A model generated the notes under the pieces. That model saw only the letters and a program-made list of their open reading frames with translations. It was not told the DNA's origin and ran no database searches. From Fistulifera solaris (lineage: Eukaryota), in the NCBI GenBank assembly GCA_030295235.1, contig AP026169.1, positions 434,001 to 498,000 of the forward strand: 64,000 nucleotides of DNA, written 5' to 3'. The position numbers were made by a program, and so were the translations under genes. Below are positions 49,046 through 61,388 of the stretch, in pieces; positions within the stretch are counted from its first letter, which is position 1; each line of letters begins with the position of its first letter.

Positions 49046-49918
49046 ATGGATCAAGCTTCCGACACCATTACTGTTTTACGCAAACAAGAGCAGAGCTACG
49101 CCGTCAGTGATTGGGCCTTGCTGGAGGAATTGGAACAAACGTATTCGTCGGGACGGCGTGCACCCATCGTCGATGCTTACGCTCGAGAAAAGCTAGCGTC
49201 CTGGTGCTTTCAAGTTATTGACTATTGTGAAATGAACAGAGAGACAGCGTCCATTGCTTTTTCCTACTTGGATCGATATTTGTGCAGCAGCGCTGGTAAA
49301 AAAACTCGAACGGTCAAGTCGCGATTTCGTCTCGCGTGCATGACATGTTTCTACACTGCCATCAAAGTGCACGAGCGAACTGCAATGAATCCCGCCGTCT
49401 TTACGAAGCTTAGCGAAGGCACATATAGTCAAAATGACTTCGAGCAAATGGAACGGGAGATAATCGACGCTCTCCGATGGAAAATGCACCCGCCTACACC
49501 CATGTCGTTTGTCCGATGTACATTGGATCTGCTCCCGCCGGGATATTTTATGAAAGACCAGCTTGACTTGCTACTCGAGCTAGCTCACATTCAGACAGAA
49601 GCAGCTGTGACCAAACACGAATTTGTTGCGATCAAAGCGTCGACGCTGGCCTACTGCGCCATCATGAATGCGCTCGAAAATCTAAACCTCAACGACGACT
49701 TTCTAGACAAGTGCGACAAAATCGTGTCTTCCGCACTCGCCGTAGATCATGACAAATCTCGAATATCCGACCTACAAGATGCTCTTTACGAAGCTGTGAC
49801 CTCGGGGCCCGACAATGAATCGTTTGCTCTGGCGGCGACGTCTCCACCGACCTCGCCCAAGTCGAACGCCCCAAAACTTCCCGTTCAAGTTGATTCGCCT
49901 CGCTCCGTATGCTCCTGA
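49046..49918 (+). CDS. Cyclin (diatom-specific/D-like cyclin)
   Basis: Cyclin box REKLASWCFQVIDY...AFSYLDRYL...LACMTCFYTAIK...MEREIIDALRWKMHPPTPMSF; C-terminal SPRSV CDK-type site. Confidence 0.92.
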   Translation: MDQASDTITVLRKQEQSYAVSDWALLEELEQTYSSGRRAPIVDAYAREKLASWCFQVIDYCEMNRETASIAFSYLDRYLCSSAGKKTRTVKSRFRLACMTCFYTAIKVHERTAMNPAVFTKLSEGTYSQNDFEQMEREIIDALRWKMHPPTPMSFVRCTLDLLPPGYFMKDQLDLLLELAHIQTEAAVTKHEFVAIKASTLAYCAIMNALENLNLNDDFLDKCDKIVSSALAVDHDKSRISDLQDALYEAVTSGPDNESFALAATSPPTSPKSNAPKLPVQVDSPRSVCS

Positions 49919-50320
49919 AAGGGTTCACTGACAGTTTAGTGTTATTCGTCTAAGCTATTGTGCACTCCATCAAGTTTTGTACCTTGTACATTGAACTATG
50001 TAAGCGCATTACTTTTGTTTCTTTTACCGCTTTGTCCCAAGACACCATTAACGATGTATGAGTTTTGGTTTAGCAAGATCTCTTTCCTTCTCCGAGTATT
50101 TCAAATAGTTAACTGGTTCTTGACCATCCTGCTTCTACGGACAGTAGGTACGGTACCGGTATCCGGACTTGCCATCGGAACCCGGAACTCGTGAATAGAG
50201 TACGCGCGTCGTGTGTCGTGTGTCGGCTCATTTTTGTGTAAGCCATAAGCAATAATCGATTCATTTTACGGCGACAGAATATAGAGAATGGAACAAAGTT
50301 GAACTGAGGACGCGACCAAA

Positions 50321-51828
50321 ATGTTAAATCTGTTTGAAAGGAAGTTCCTTGTTGACGAACGAAACCCTGTGGGAACCATCGAGACCGGTGGCCTGAAGCT
50401 TTCCTTCTTCGCTCCGGATCCTATGTACATTCTGCAGTTGCTTTCCGTAAGTCTACAACCGTATTTATCAAGTAGAGAGATGAGTATTCACTCACATTCA
50501 TTCTTAGATTCTAGGCATCACGGCTCTTGTCGGGAATTTTCTGTCACTCATCGTGTGCCACGGGATTCTTCGGAAAAGTCAACAAACAGCATTTGTTCTT
50601 ACCTTTGGTATAGTTTTGCCGCTCATTCTCTATTATCCCTTCTTCCTCGCCGATGTGCTTGACATTCGATCGTCGCCTATTCGCATGACGGTGCTTTCGT
50701 TGCCACTAACTTGCACGCTACGAACGTTGCACGGTGAGAAAAAGTACTTTCTGCTAGTCTCATAGTTGCTGTCCGTCCAATCTTTCTTACTAGGATTTAA
50801 AATTCTCGACAGCTTTCTTTACCGAACAACAATCAACGTTATGGTCTCGATATCGGCGGGAATACGGTTTTATCTTGCACCCATTGCGCGACCCCAAAAC
50901 ACAGGCTTTCGTTACGGCCACGGTACATTCCTTTTTGCAGCACTTCGATCCTACGGCAAATGGTTTTTCCTTCTCGGGATATCGTTTTCACTGCTACTTC
51001 CCTATTCGTTTGTGCCCTGGAACACGCCGAGACCTTTGCATGAAACGTTCTTGTCGTTTCATCCGTCTCATCTGGCCAACAATTTTGTGCATGCTGGTGC
51101 GTTTTGTGGAACGGGATGGGCTTGCCGAAATCTATATTGCATTCTACTTTTCTGACCTATGATTTGCTTTGCTATTTTCTAGTCCTTACCAGTTGGATGC
51201 TAGACCTGGGTGTCAATACGGCTGTTAATGGTGTGATGCAATGTCTATCGGGTATCCAATTCGAAAATGTTGTGGATAGTCCCATGTTCGGATCGCAGTC
51301 GCCGTCCGACTTTTGGGGTCGGAGATGGAATCGTCTGATTAGTGGTGATTTGAAGGTACGATTGTATCCATGACTTGGTGGGTTGATGGTGTGCAACCTC
51401 ATGTTGGTTGTTTGGTAAAAAAAATGTTGCAGAATGGTATCTACAAACCGGTTCGTCAATACACCGGATCCAAGCACGTAGCAACTCTTGCTACTTTTGC
51501 TGTCTCCGGATTGATGCATGAGTACGTTTGGTATTACCTTTTCTACGTGAATAAACACCAGGATCCGGCGGATTGCTATCAGCCCCCATTTGGCAAACAG
51601 ATCTTGTTTTTTGGCTGGAATGGCATATTGCTATTATTCGAGTATTTCGTCGGAAAACAAAAGTGGGAACGTGTCGTCAAAGGTCTCTTTCCCGCGTGTA
51701 CGACTGTTTTGGTGGTTTTGATGGCTCTTCCCGTGGGGCACCTCTTCACTGGTGATCTGGTAGCTGGCGGCTACTTTCAACAACTTTCTGGATTACTTGC
51801 CATCGTACACATCGATTACAAATCCTAG
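50321..51828 (+). CDS. Membrane-bound O-acyltransferase, wax synthase/MBOAT_2 family, multi-exon
   Basis: SQSPSDFWGRRWN, GIYKPVR, TFAVSGLMHEY (catalytic His), FFGWNG; several ~60-85 nt GT-AG introns. Confidence 0.85.
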
Positions 51829-52206
51829 TACCGACTTAAGGTCCTCTTTGTGCCAATACTGTTATTATCGTGAACAGGTTACGTGAACAGTTACAACCTG
51901 ATAATCGCTATTTTATCTTGTCAAATAGCCCTAGATACCGTTACCTGGAAAGCGGATTTAAAATGCATTTATTCTTGATACCGCTACGACTTTGAACATG
52001 ATTCCGGGGTACCAACAACAGAGTGCGTTTTCTGGGGTCGAAAATGAACAAAAACATGCGACGACTTGGCCGTCCAACAGACGACCGTCATCTTACGGCG
52101 AAAGAGGCCGCCGTTTGAAAAAACGTAGGCGGCCATGAGCGATAACAAACGACCCTTGTTATTACAACTCTCCGATTTACACATCCACAAACGACCCAGA
52201 ATTAAA

Positions 52207-53388
52207 ATGAGTGCCGCTGCAGCTCGTCGTCGCAAGCAATTGGCCGCCAAGCAAGGCAAACAGGATGTCGTGGGCACGCAGCTCAGCAAGATTCTGGAAT
52301 CGAGCAATGAAATGGACGAAGCTACGGCTTATGAAGCGATGCAGCTAGCACAATCACAAGTCCGCAAGAAGGTTCAAGCCAACGAGGCTGCCGATGCCTG
52401 TGAGCTCTGTTACAGTACTAGCCTGGCCTTGTTGCAGAAAGGCCGCGTGTCGGTGGCGAGTCAGCTGCTGACCCTCCTCGCCGAGGTTTTGCGCGAGACA
52501 AATACCGAGGAAACAGAGGAATGGATTACCCGTTCTGTGACTCTGCACGAGGCGCACACTAAGGCGATGGAAGCTACTTCAGTGGGTATGCCGTCGCAAG
52601 AAATCACACGTCTACAGCGATTGGAGCGAGACTGGTTGTTGCGAATGCTTCAATGGAGTGCCGACCTAGGGACGGTTAAGTTCGGTAACAATCGACTTCA
52701 AGAAATCATTGGAGAGCATTGCTGGAAACTAGCGTCGATCGAAGCAAAAGACGCTGACTTTGATGAGGAAGCTGTCTCGGAGTTGCAGTGCGATGCTGTC
52801 CAGCACATGGCATTGGCTGAGAAACCCCTCCGAATTATCGAATGGCTCAAGGATCTACCCGCACCCACCGACGAGGAGATGAAAACAGGACACACTTGTC
52901 CCCCCGCACTTCGTGATGGGCTATTAACCCGAGCGTTACTCCTCTTAGGCGCGGTGGAAAATCTTCGCGATGCGAATGCGTTGCTAAGGGCTTTCCTCGC
53001 TGAAGTCGAAACTCGTGATGTCAAGGAACTAGCTACTTCCTACACCAGCAAAGAAGATGGCAAGGCTCCTTCGCATCCCATGTTCGGGTGTATGTTGATG
53101 CGAGTTTTGGAGAAGGATGCTCGCACGGGACCTCTGTTCTCGTGGTTGATGCGTTCTTTCAAGAGAGAGTTGGACCTCCTCTACAAACCCCAGGCCTTGC
53201 ACGGCTTTTGTTCCAAGATTGGAAAAATTTACTTCAATATTCAGCCCCCTCCAAATATGCTCAGCATGGTAGAGAACATGATGGGAATGATGGGAGGTGG
53301 TGGTATGGGTGGTTTGGGCGGACCCGGAGGCATCAACCCGGCCATGATGCAGGCCTTGGCTGCTCAAATGAAGCAAGGTGGTATGTAG
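52207..53388 (+). CDS. GET4: Golgi-to-ER traffic protein 4-like (tail-anchored protein targeting)
   Basis: YEAMQLAQSQVRK...ACELCYSTSLALLQ...ASQLLTLL, WS...KFGNNRLQ, IGKIYFNIQPP, Met/Gly-rich C-terminus. Confidence 0.75.
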   Translation: MSAAAARRRKQLAAKQGKQDVVGTQLSKILESSNEMDEATAYEAMQLAQSQVRKKVQANEAADACELCYSTSLALLQKGRVSVASQLLTLLAEVLRETNTEETEEWITRSVTLHEAHTKAMEATSVGMPSQEITRLQRLERDWLLRMLQWSADLGTVKFGNNRLQEIIGEHCWKLASIEAKDADFDEEAVSELQCDAVQHMALAEKPLRIIEWLKDLPAPTDEEMKTGHTCPPALRDGLLTRALLLLGAVENLRDANALLRAFLAEVETRDVKELATSYTSKEDGKAPSHPMFGCMLMRVLEKDARTGPLFSWLMRSFKRELDLLYKPQALHGFCSKIGKIYFNIQPPPNMLSMVENMMGMMGGGGMGGLGGPGGINPAMMQALAAQMKQGGM

Positions 53389-53826
53389 GTTCCTTTGTGT
53401 GCGAATGGACACCAGTAGTAGTAAGCATACACGAATAGTAACTATTTCGAAATACAACAAGAGACCTCTCTTGCTCATGTCCATAGCGTCGCGCGTCGGT
53501 GGCGTCGAATCATCGTCTCCAGAACCACGTGGAGCTTTTCGAAACAGGATCTGTCCTTCAACCGATCATCGGAGACTGCAGTGACTAGTGACATCATCAC
53601 GATGACAACAGATCGGATGAAATCCATGACAACAACACGATGCTGTCATTCGTCTCAACCATCGTGATGCATAAGCTCTTTTAATCGAGAAGACAATTGA
53701 AAAGCAAGAGTTGTCCGTTGTTCGCCCGCATTCTAGGCCCCCGGAGCTTCCAGTGGACATTCTACGGCGTTTGTACTTCAAGAAATCCGCACAGATCTTG
53801 CCCTCTCATTAGCTTTCGATACAACC

Positions 53827-56800
53827 ATGGCCTTAAATGCGTTCACAATCCTCCAAAGAAGGCGACCGGCGACTTTTGGGGCATTGGTCTGTCTCAACCT
53901 TTTCTGCGCATTCCTATCAGCATCTGCCGTGACCGTGTCGAGCAGCACGTCTGCGGCTAGCGTATGGGGTATTGGTAGGCATGGTTATACAGATCGAACA
54001 CCGGCAAAAAACACGAAGAAGATGAAAAAGAAGACGCGGAAACAAACCATGGAGAGTTTTGACGCGTCGATCGAGGAAGATCGGCCTTCAAACAAAAAGA
54101 AGAAAGGAAAACGAAAGCGGAATTCGAATTCAGTCTCAATCGAAGGCCCTCCTGTCGAAATACTGGATGATGACAAAGCATCTACATCATCGACTCCTGT
54201 TAGATCTATTACGAAGAAAAGCAAAAAGCGCAAAAAGAAGGAGATGCAAAAACAGAATGCGGATGTCGCATCCCAAACGAGGGTACCCTTGGACAAGGTT
54301 CTACGGAAACCTAAGAAAAGGTCAAAACGAAAAATTGAGCCGGCCCTTAGCAACAATATTTCCAGTAAACATGATCATGCTAGGTCAATCGAAGAGGACA
54401 AACCATCAAAGAAAAGAAGAAAAGCGAGCAAGAAGCGAAGACGAACAGTTGCAGATAGAAACCAAGAATCATCAGAGGCGAGTCCCATTACTGTGGATGA
54501 TTCCGTAGCATCAGATGCACCCGCAGAAGACCACGTTAGCCAACACGACGCAGAGGAGTCACAGGCGACTCAAACGAAACTTTTAAATGAGACAGCATCA
54601 TCACAGGAAGAATTTGAAACGGATTTACCGGCAGAAGAAAATCCAGCTGAGCAAACAGACGCGCCTACACAACCACATCTTGCTTCTGATCAGTATTTCT
54701 TGGATTTTCCAACTGACGAAAAGTTGGATAGCGCAGACTCTTCACTCGCAATCTCGGCTCCCGAAGTACTTTATGAGAGTAATTTTGAAAAGAAAATCTC
54801 AGTGACGACGATGCAGGGACATCTCATGATACCGAGCGAATCAAAGCAAAGGATACGGAGAGCGCGGATGCCATCGTAGATACTATGGATCCAGACTTAG
54901 ATTACCAAACAGAATCTATGATCGTTTCCGATAGCATTTCCGCGGGACAGAAAAACCATCTCACGGATGAACAAGACAGTCAGAAGCTTGGGACCGAGGC
55001 AAAGAAGGACAGTAATGACAAGCCCGATGACAATGGAGATATGCCCGCACAAGATAATGCAGAGCTCGATCGACGCATTGATGAACTAATTGATGAGAAT
55101 GGAGAAGCCGATGATGCGATAAGCCCAAGTCTTGCTTCTGTCGCCGAAAGCGACGATAAGACCAGCGAAGAAAGTGCTGCTGTGGAGGAAGGACGTGCCA
55201 CCGACAATGTTGAAGAGGAGGCGGCCGCCGAGCCGATAGATGTTAAGGAAACAGCCGGGGACAAGTGCGAAATAGAGACGGTAGACGACGCGAAGGTGGA
55301 AAGCAATGTGGATACATCTTTGGAAACAAAGATAGATTTGCCGTCGATGACGGCGAAGATGTGAAACGCCCCGCCAAGGAGGGTTTGGAAGGCATGAGCG
55401 AGTCTTTAGAGGGATTAGAAAGTATCACGAGCATAACCGAAGATAACAATAGTCTCCATGGCCAGGATACCGTGGAGGTGACGGAAGTAGCTACGGAAAT
55501 AGAAAAAGATGAAGGAGCAATAACAGAACCTAATGACGAAAAGAACGCTGATGGTGACGACGACAACCAAGAAGATCACAGAACATTAGCAGAACCAAAG
55601 GACGAAGAGAATGTTGATGGTGACGACAACAATCAAGAAGATGAAAGAGCAGAAGAAGAACCAAATGATGACGAGAATGCTGATGGTGACGACGACCACC
55701 AAGAAGATGATAGAGCTGAAGAAGAACAAAAGGACCAAGAGAATGGTGATGGCGACGGCAGCAATCAAAAAGATGAAAGAGCTGAAGAAGAACAAAAGGA
55801 CCAAGAGAATGGTGATGGCGACGGCAGCAATCAAAAAGATGAAAGAGCAGAAGCAGAACCAAAAGACGAACAGTATGCTGATGGTGACGACGACTACCAA
55901 GAAGATGAAAGAGCTGGAGCAGAACAAAAGGACGACGAGAACGCTGATGATGATGATGACGACGACGACGACGGGAAAGGCATCGATAAGAACGACAATG
56001 ACTACCAACACCTTGGTGTAACGCCATTAAAAAGTCAGTCATCCATTGATGTAGAAATAAAAGAAGAATCAGTTTTGGCTGCGAGTGCGGAAAATGACAA
56101 TACTGCAGCTTCTTCTGCCGACTTTCAAAGCACAACATTAACTCATGACCCCATAACTATCGAAAGTATCGAGAGTTACTGTGACGATCCCTCTGATCTC
56201 ACGTGTTCTATTGTTACGTGGAATTTGGCTGAAGAGTCCCCCTCTGAAGAAGAAGCGGCTTTTCTCAAACAATTTCGCGGTAATGATATCGTTCTCATTT
56301 CGGGCCAAGAATGTGAAAATATAAAGCCTCGGCGAGCCGAAGGGCGTCGCTCACGCGAATTTCGGCGCTTGATGATAAAATATCTCGGCTCGGATTACGT
56401 CCCGGTTGCTCTTCACATGCTGGGCGGAATCCAGTTCGGCCTCTTCTGCAAACGCTCTATGCTAAAAGACGTGCAACTGGTGTCAGTTGCCGATGTTACC
56501 TGCGGCATTGGAAATGTGTTTCACAATAAAGGCGCTATTGCTGCCTTTGTCACACTGCAGAATAAATCAAACGCACAATCGTTACGCTTGCTTTTCGTAA
56601 CGGCACACATGGCTGCTCACGTCAAAAACACCGAAGCCCGAAATTCCGACTTTTGGCGCATCGTCAGTGAACTCGAAGAGCAAGTTCCAGCTCAGTTTTT
56701 GGCACCCCGTGCTCCTGAAGTTGAGTGCACTGGAGAATATTTACTTAACTCAGTCGACCGCATCTTCTTTTGCGGTGATCTGAATTATCGAATCGACTTA

Positions 56801-57186
56801 CCTCGAGAGATTGTAGAACACACGGTGAGAAAAGAAAGGGAAAACGGCAAGCTTGACTCCACTGCGTTGCAAAGCTTCTGCGCCATGATCAGTTAAAAGC
56901 AGTCATGGCGGAAGGATTAGCATTTCCTGGATTTGCCGAAGGAAAAATATCGTTCGAACCCACATTCAAATATGATAAAGGAACTCAAGATTTTGATACT
57001 TCGCCCAAGCAACGGATACCCGCTTGGACCGACCGCGTACTCTTCAAACCAAAGGGCACACGAGTAACGGCTTACGACTCGGTACCGCGAGCGTCCCATT
57101 CCGACCATCGTCCTGTGTTTGCGAGCTTCCGGGTGAGCCGGACAACATCTGAATTTAAGCCAAGGCGAAGAAAGAGAAAAAGATAG
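53827..57186 (+). CDS. Inositol polyphosphate 5-phosphatase with N-terminal signal/TM and long basic + acidic low-complexity extension; frameshifts ~54790, ~55330, ~56875
   Basis: IVTWNL, GQECE, HNKGAI, VTAHMAAH, FFCGDLNYRI, FEPTFKYD, PAWTDRVLF, SDHRPV. Upstream ORFs 53827, 54885 and 55265 overlap or abut without intergenic space. Confidence 0.85.
55526..55972 (+). repeat. Coding tandem repeat, 66-bp unit (22 aa), ~6.5 copies, very acidic
   Basis: Unit E(P/Q)(N/K)DxEN(A/G)DGD(D/G)xNQ(E/K)DERAEE; two central copies are nearly identical in DNA. Confidence 0.9.
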
Positions 57187-57699
57187 AGTATTCTCTTTGG
57201 AATGATCGCGCTTCACGGTAATAAAATTATTCAATGCCAGTGTTAAAAACGATACGAATACAGTAGTGTTTATTCATGCCTCATGCCAGATAAATGGTAT
57301 GAAGGTCTTCAGTGTATAGTGTATGGGTCCATTGTGCATACTGGGTTCGACTATCAAGAGGCATTCTCTATCGACCTCTTGTGCCTCTAGAGACGCTTTA
57401 TTTCAATGGATGATCCGGGACTGCGGAACAGTGAATGAAAAAGGTCGCCTTCAATTTGCATGATAGTGAAAGCATTTGAATGACCGCCACCTCATCCGGT
57501 ATTAAATGCAATTCAAACAAACTACCTCTGGTACACACTGTTATATACTTTCGGAGTTCTCAACAGTGGATGAATTCGAAATTTGTGAGAACAGAAAGAG
57601 AACATCTGCCAAACGGATTGTCAAAGAATTGGAGATGGATAACAGAAAATCATTTGTTGCAATCAAGAGTCATTGGTGACAAATCCATCCACATCGATC

Positions 57700-59034
57700 A
57701 TGTCAAGGTATATCATACTGCTACTCTACTTTTTCGTTTCAACATCCGCCGCATGGATCGGCGAAAAAGGTGCTCATCGTCGTTCGACGAACCTGTTCGC
57801 GTTGACACCCGACGAACAACGCAAGATGGCCATGGTTCGTTCGATTCAAATGCAATTTTATAAATCGGCGGCGAGCGAAGGAGCTCTCATCGATAAGGAT
57901 ACGGGAGTCATACCCGAATTGCCCTTGTGGAGAGTGCCGTGGACGGAACTGCCAGGTCGGTCGAATGTTCTGCACGTGCACGAAGCCGTTTATACGAATA
58001 TGTTTGAAACAGTGCTACACGGAAAGAAGCCCTGGTATATAGGACATATCAATCGCGGAACTGCCGAAAACAGCAAAGTCGCGACATGGCAAACGACACC
58101 GCGCGCACCATCTGCAGTGGTGGGAACGTTGCTCGAGATTGTCGATTATCGCCGTTTCGAAGATGGTCGATTGCTGATATTGGTTCAGGCATTGGAGCGT
58201 TTTGTGGTCAACAAAGTCGTACAGGAACTTCCTTATGGTGTTGCTAGCGTACAGCTTTTGCCGGATATGGAGGAAATTGACCCAGATCTCACTTGGACCC
58301 AGCGACCCGAACTTGAAATTCGAGGCCCTCGTGCTGCTGCCATTCAGGATTCATTCCAAACTTATCACAATTTTGAATACGATGAAGCCTTTGAGCTTCC
58401 CGTTCCTGACAGAGCTGATTTGAGCATATCCGATATTTATGGGCCCAGTCTAGCGCTCATCCTACCGTTTGCGCCCCTTTCCAAGACGGCGAATGCTTGT
58501 CAGGATGTCGCTGGGGGAGTCAAAGTGGATGCAACAGTACAACCAAATCTGACTCATGCCATTATTGAAGATGCACAGCCTTGCCTAGAAGGTCAACTAC
58601 TAGATCGCGGTATCCTTCAGTACCCATCCAAGTCGGCTGACAGTATGGGGGATCTCGAAGTCAAAATTTGGTTGGCTCTAGATCGCTTCCTGAAACGAAC
58701 CAAGACACCTGTGTCACCGGCCCTCTTAGGCATCCTCCCTCCCGTCAAGGAATGGCCGTCCGACTTTGCCCTGAGAAAAATCGCGGATGAAATTGCGAGT
58801 CGGACTGATGTTCGTCACAATTATGTGGCCATTGCGCCTCATTTTCCGGCACATCGACGTTGTCGACTCTTAAGCTTCTCTGCGGCCAATGTTTTAGAAG
58901 AAAAGAAAGATGAACAGGAAAAAACGCAAATGCGACAAAAGCTTTTGGAGATTGCCAGTACTCGAGGAAGAATGATGTATGTTCTTGAACAGTTCAAGCA
59001 GGAAAATGACGAACATCTAGGTGAATATCAGTAG
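57700..59034 (+). CDS. Lon N-terminal substrate-binding (PUA-like) domain protein, probable plastid targeting, no ATPase/protease domain
   Basis: LPLWRVPWTELPG...LHVHEAVYTNMF, VGTLLEI, DGRLLILVQALERFVV, C-terminal RQKLLEIASTRGRM; signal peptide + AAW. Confidence 0.72.
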   Translation: MSRYIILLLYFFVSTSAAWIGEKGAHRRSTNLFALTPDEQRKMAMVRSIQMQFYKSAASEGALIDKDTGVIPELPLWRVPWTELPGRSNVLHVHEAVYTNMFETVLHGKKPWYIGHINRGTAENSKVATWQTTPRAPSAVVGTLLEIVDYRRFEDGRLLILVQALERFVVNKVVQELPYGVASVQLLPDMEEIDPDLTWTQRPELEIRGPRAAAIQDSFQTYHNFEYDEAFELPVPDRADLSISDIYGPSLALILPFAPLSKTANACQDVAGGVKVDATVQPNLTHAIIEDAQPCLEGQLLDRGILQYPSKSADSMGDLEVKIWLALDRFLKRTKTPVSPALLGILPPVKEWPSDFALRKIADEIASRTDVRHNYVAIAPHFPAHRRCRLLSFSAANVLEEKKDEQEKTQMRQKLLEIASTRGRMMYVLEQFKQENDEHLGEYQ

Positions 59035-59257
59035 CAGCAACTTGTTTGTGGCTGTCGAAGCGATCAACTAGGAAATCAAAGTTTGAAGGCTCAGTGAATC
59101 AATCTTTCCTCCCTCTCCATTAAGTGATGCCACAGACATCTTTTGTCGATCCAGTAAAATGTATATAAGTTTACTCAAAAATCGATGACATTCCTCTTTT
59201 CTTTTCTAAATTAAGATCGAGCTTCTAAATGAACTGTCAAAAGAGTAATTCTAATAA

Positions 59258-60589
59258 TTACGGATCGAATTTCAGCAATACAAAGTCGTGAAACTCCTCA
59301 CCATCGTCTTCTTCGTCGGCATCCTTTTTCGGGTTTCCTAGGTTCTTATCCAGCGCCGCCACTAATTCCGCTTCTTTTCCCGAATGAACTTTGTAAAGCA
59401 CCGCCGTGAAATCTACGGGCAAGCCGTAACGCAAGACACTTTCCACGAACACTCGAATGACTTTAATGTGCGTCCACGCCACGAACGCATCGCCGTAATG
59501 ATTCTTGCACCATCGGAATAAAGCCGCATTCATTCCGTCAACTTCTACTTGCATTTGTTCGTGGGCAATCGACGTCTTCGAAGCTTGAGAAGGATCCCAT
59601 GTAAATTCACGGTGCACGAAGCGCTTTTCACGACAGATCTTGGCGAATTCTGCCACAAAGTCAATCTTGTTGCCTTGATGGAACTCTCCATTCTCGTAAT
59701 ATCCCGATTCGTATTGTCCTTTCAAAATAGTCAAGGCATAAAGAATACTATCCTCATCTTGGTGCACCAGTTGTAGTGATCCAGGTACGACGGGTGATCC
59801 TCGCGTCTTGTGTCGATCCACATTCGAGCCGAACGACACCGGTTCTCCCAACATACTCGCATCATTCGACCAATCGGGACCTCCATAACCGACCACGTCC
59901 GCTCCCAGACTGTAAACACCTTTCTCAAAAGAATCCTGGATCGAGATTGGAATCGCCACAAAGACTGTTTTCAAATATTCCGAATCAATGAGTTGAATTT
60001 TGCGCATGATTTGATCATTTAATACATCATTCCAGTCCGACGTCAACAAATTCCCACCCTTCCGACGTTTCATTTCTTGCAGGGCTACGACTTTGTCTCC
60101 AAAGGATTGTGTCAATTGTTTGAGTTCTTCTTCGACCGCGACGGCACCTCCCGTAATGAGTGCCACGAGTTCTTTCAACGGCCGGCGATTGGGATATTTG
60201 GCCGAATCCCAGGCAAACTGCTGTATGTAACGTGCCGCGGGGACACCACCCACCGTTAAATCCATCGCTTTCCCGTCGGCCAAATCGGCGGCCGTTTTCT
60301 CAATCTTGCGCACTGTTTGTTCGACGATACTGTCCGTTTTCCCCAACTCGTCACTGAGCGTCATAAGCGAGTCTAGTGTCCCCACCATGAGCGACGGAAC
60401 TTCCAATTTGAACATTTCTTCGGTGAAAAGTGTGAGAACAAAGAGTCATTTTCTCGAACGATAGTCTTGCCTTGTCGTATACTCACCCGAAAAAGGTCGT
60501 TCCGGACAAGCCCCCGCGGATTGCATTTTACGATAGGCTTGCTCCGGGGCACCTCCGGAATTCGAAATGGCCGCAATAAAATAACTCAT
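59258..60589 (-). CDS. VMA5: V-type H+-ATPase V1 subunit C; intron 60418-60486
   Basis: LMVGTLDSLMTLSDELGK, FAWDSAKYP, KGGNLL, SEYLKTVFVAIP, WTHIKVIRVFVESVLRYGLP. Confidence 0.95.
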
Positions 60590-61388
60590 GCTATTCGAAC
60601 TAACAAATGAACGGAAGGCTGGTAACTTTTCTAGAGAGAAGTAGTGTTGTTGGTTGTTGGTTGTTGTTTTGCGTTGTTGCCAGGAAGGATGTTGTCGCAA
60701 TAACTAAAAGGCGAACACCAGCGGACCTGTTCGAAGCAACGAGCCGTTGCTGTTAGCAAGCGTTATCTTGACGTTTGGGTATACAAAAAGTCAAGAGTCA
60801 AATAGTTCGTCTATCGCCAACCGAATCTGACGGGCGCGCTAGCGATCCATCGACGGACGCACCCAGTGACGGCAACGACCGAATTCGTCATAGGGATGAG
60901 GATATTATTTTGTGTTGAGAGTCCTTTCGGAGAGCCAAAATCTTTAAAAAAATTCAGATAACTTTGGATAGTTACGTAGATGCTATGAATGTTCAATACA
61001 AGATAGCTGTTAGTGATCTCGTGAAACTATTTCAAGAATCATGAGACATTCATCGACTCTTAGAGACCAGTCTTTTAGGAAAATACTGACTCATGACTGA
61101 TGTGCAGTCGTGGTTTGCGGAAGCTTACACTTTGGCCTATAGTAAACACGAATGACACCGATCCGCAGATCCGCAACGATTTTTCAACCAAAAGAATCGT
61201 CAAGCCTCGTCAAGGCGTCCATGTTGTTCCTCATGAAAGAGAGATCGTTTTGCAAAACTAGTTTGACATCGCATAGAAGACCATGACCAATGTTTAGGTT
61301 TTCGGATGGTCGGAATGATGAGTCACGCCGTTACGGGACTGACAGAGATGCACAATAAGACATTTTGAACGAAAAGAAAGAACAAATA

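Noticed and set aside
55526..55972. 66-bp repeats as a CRISPR array, and the His/Cys-rich or hydrophobic antisense ORFs over them
   Set aside because: In-frame coding repeat of the 5-phosphatase; the antisense ORFs are shadows of GAY/GAR-rich codons.
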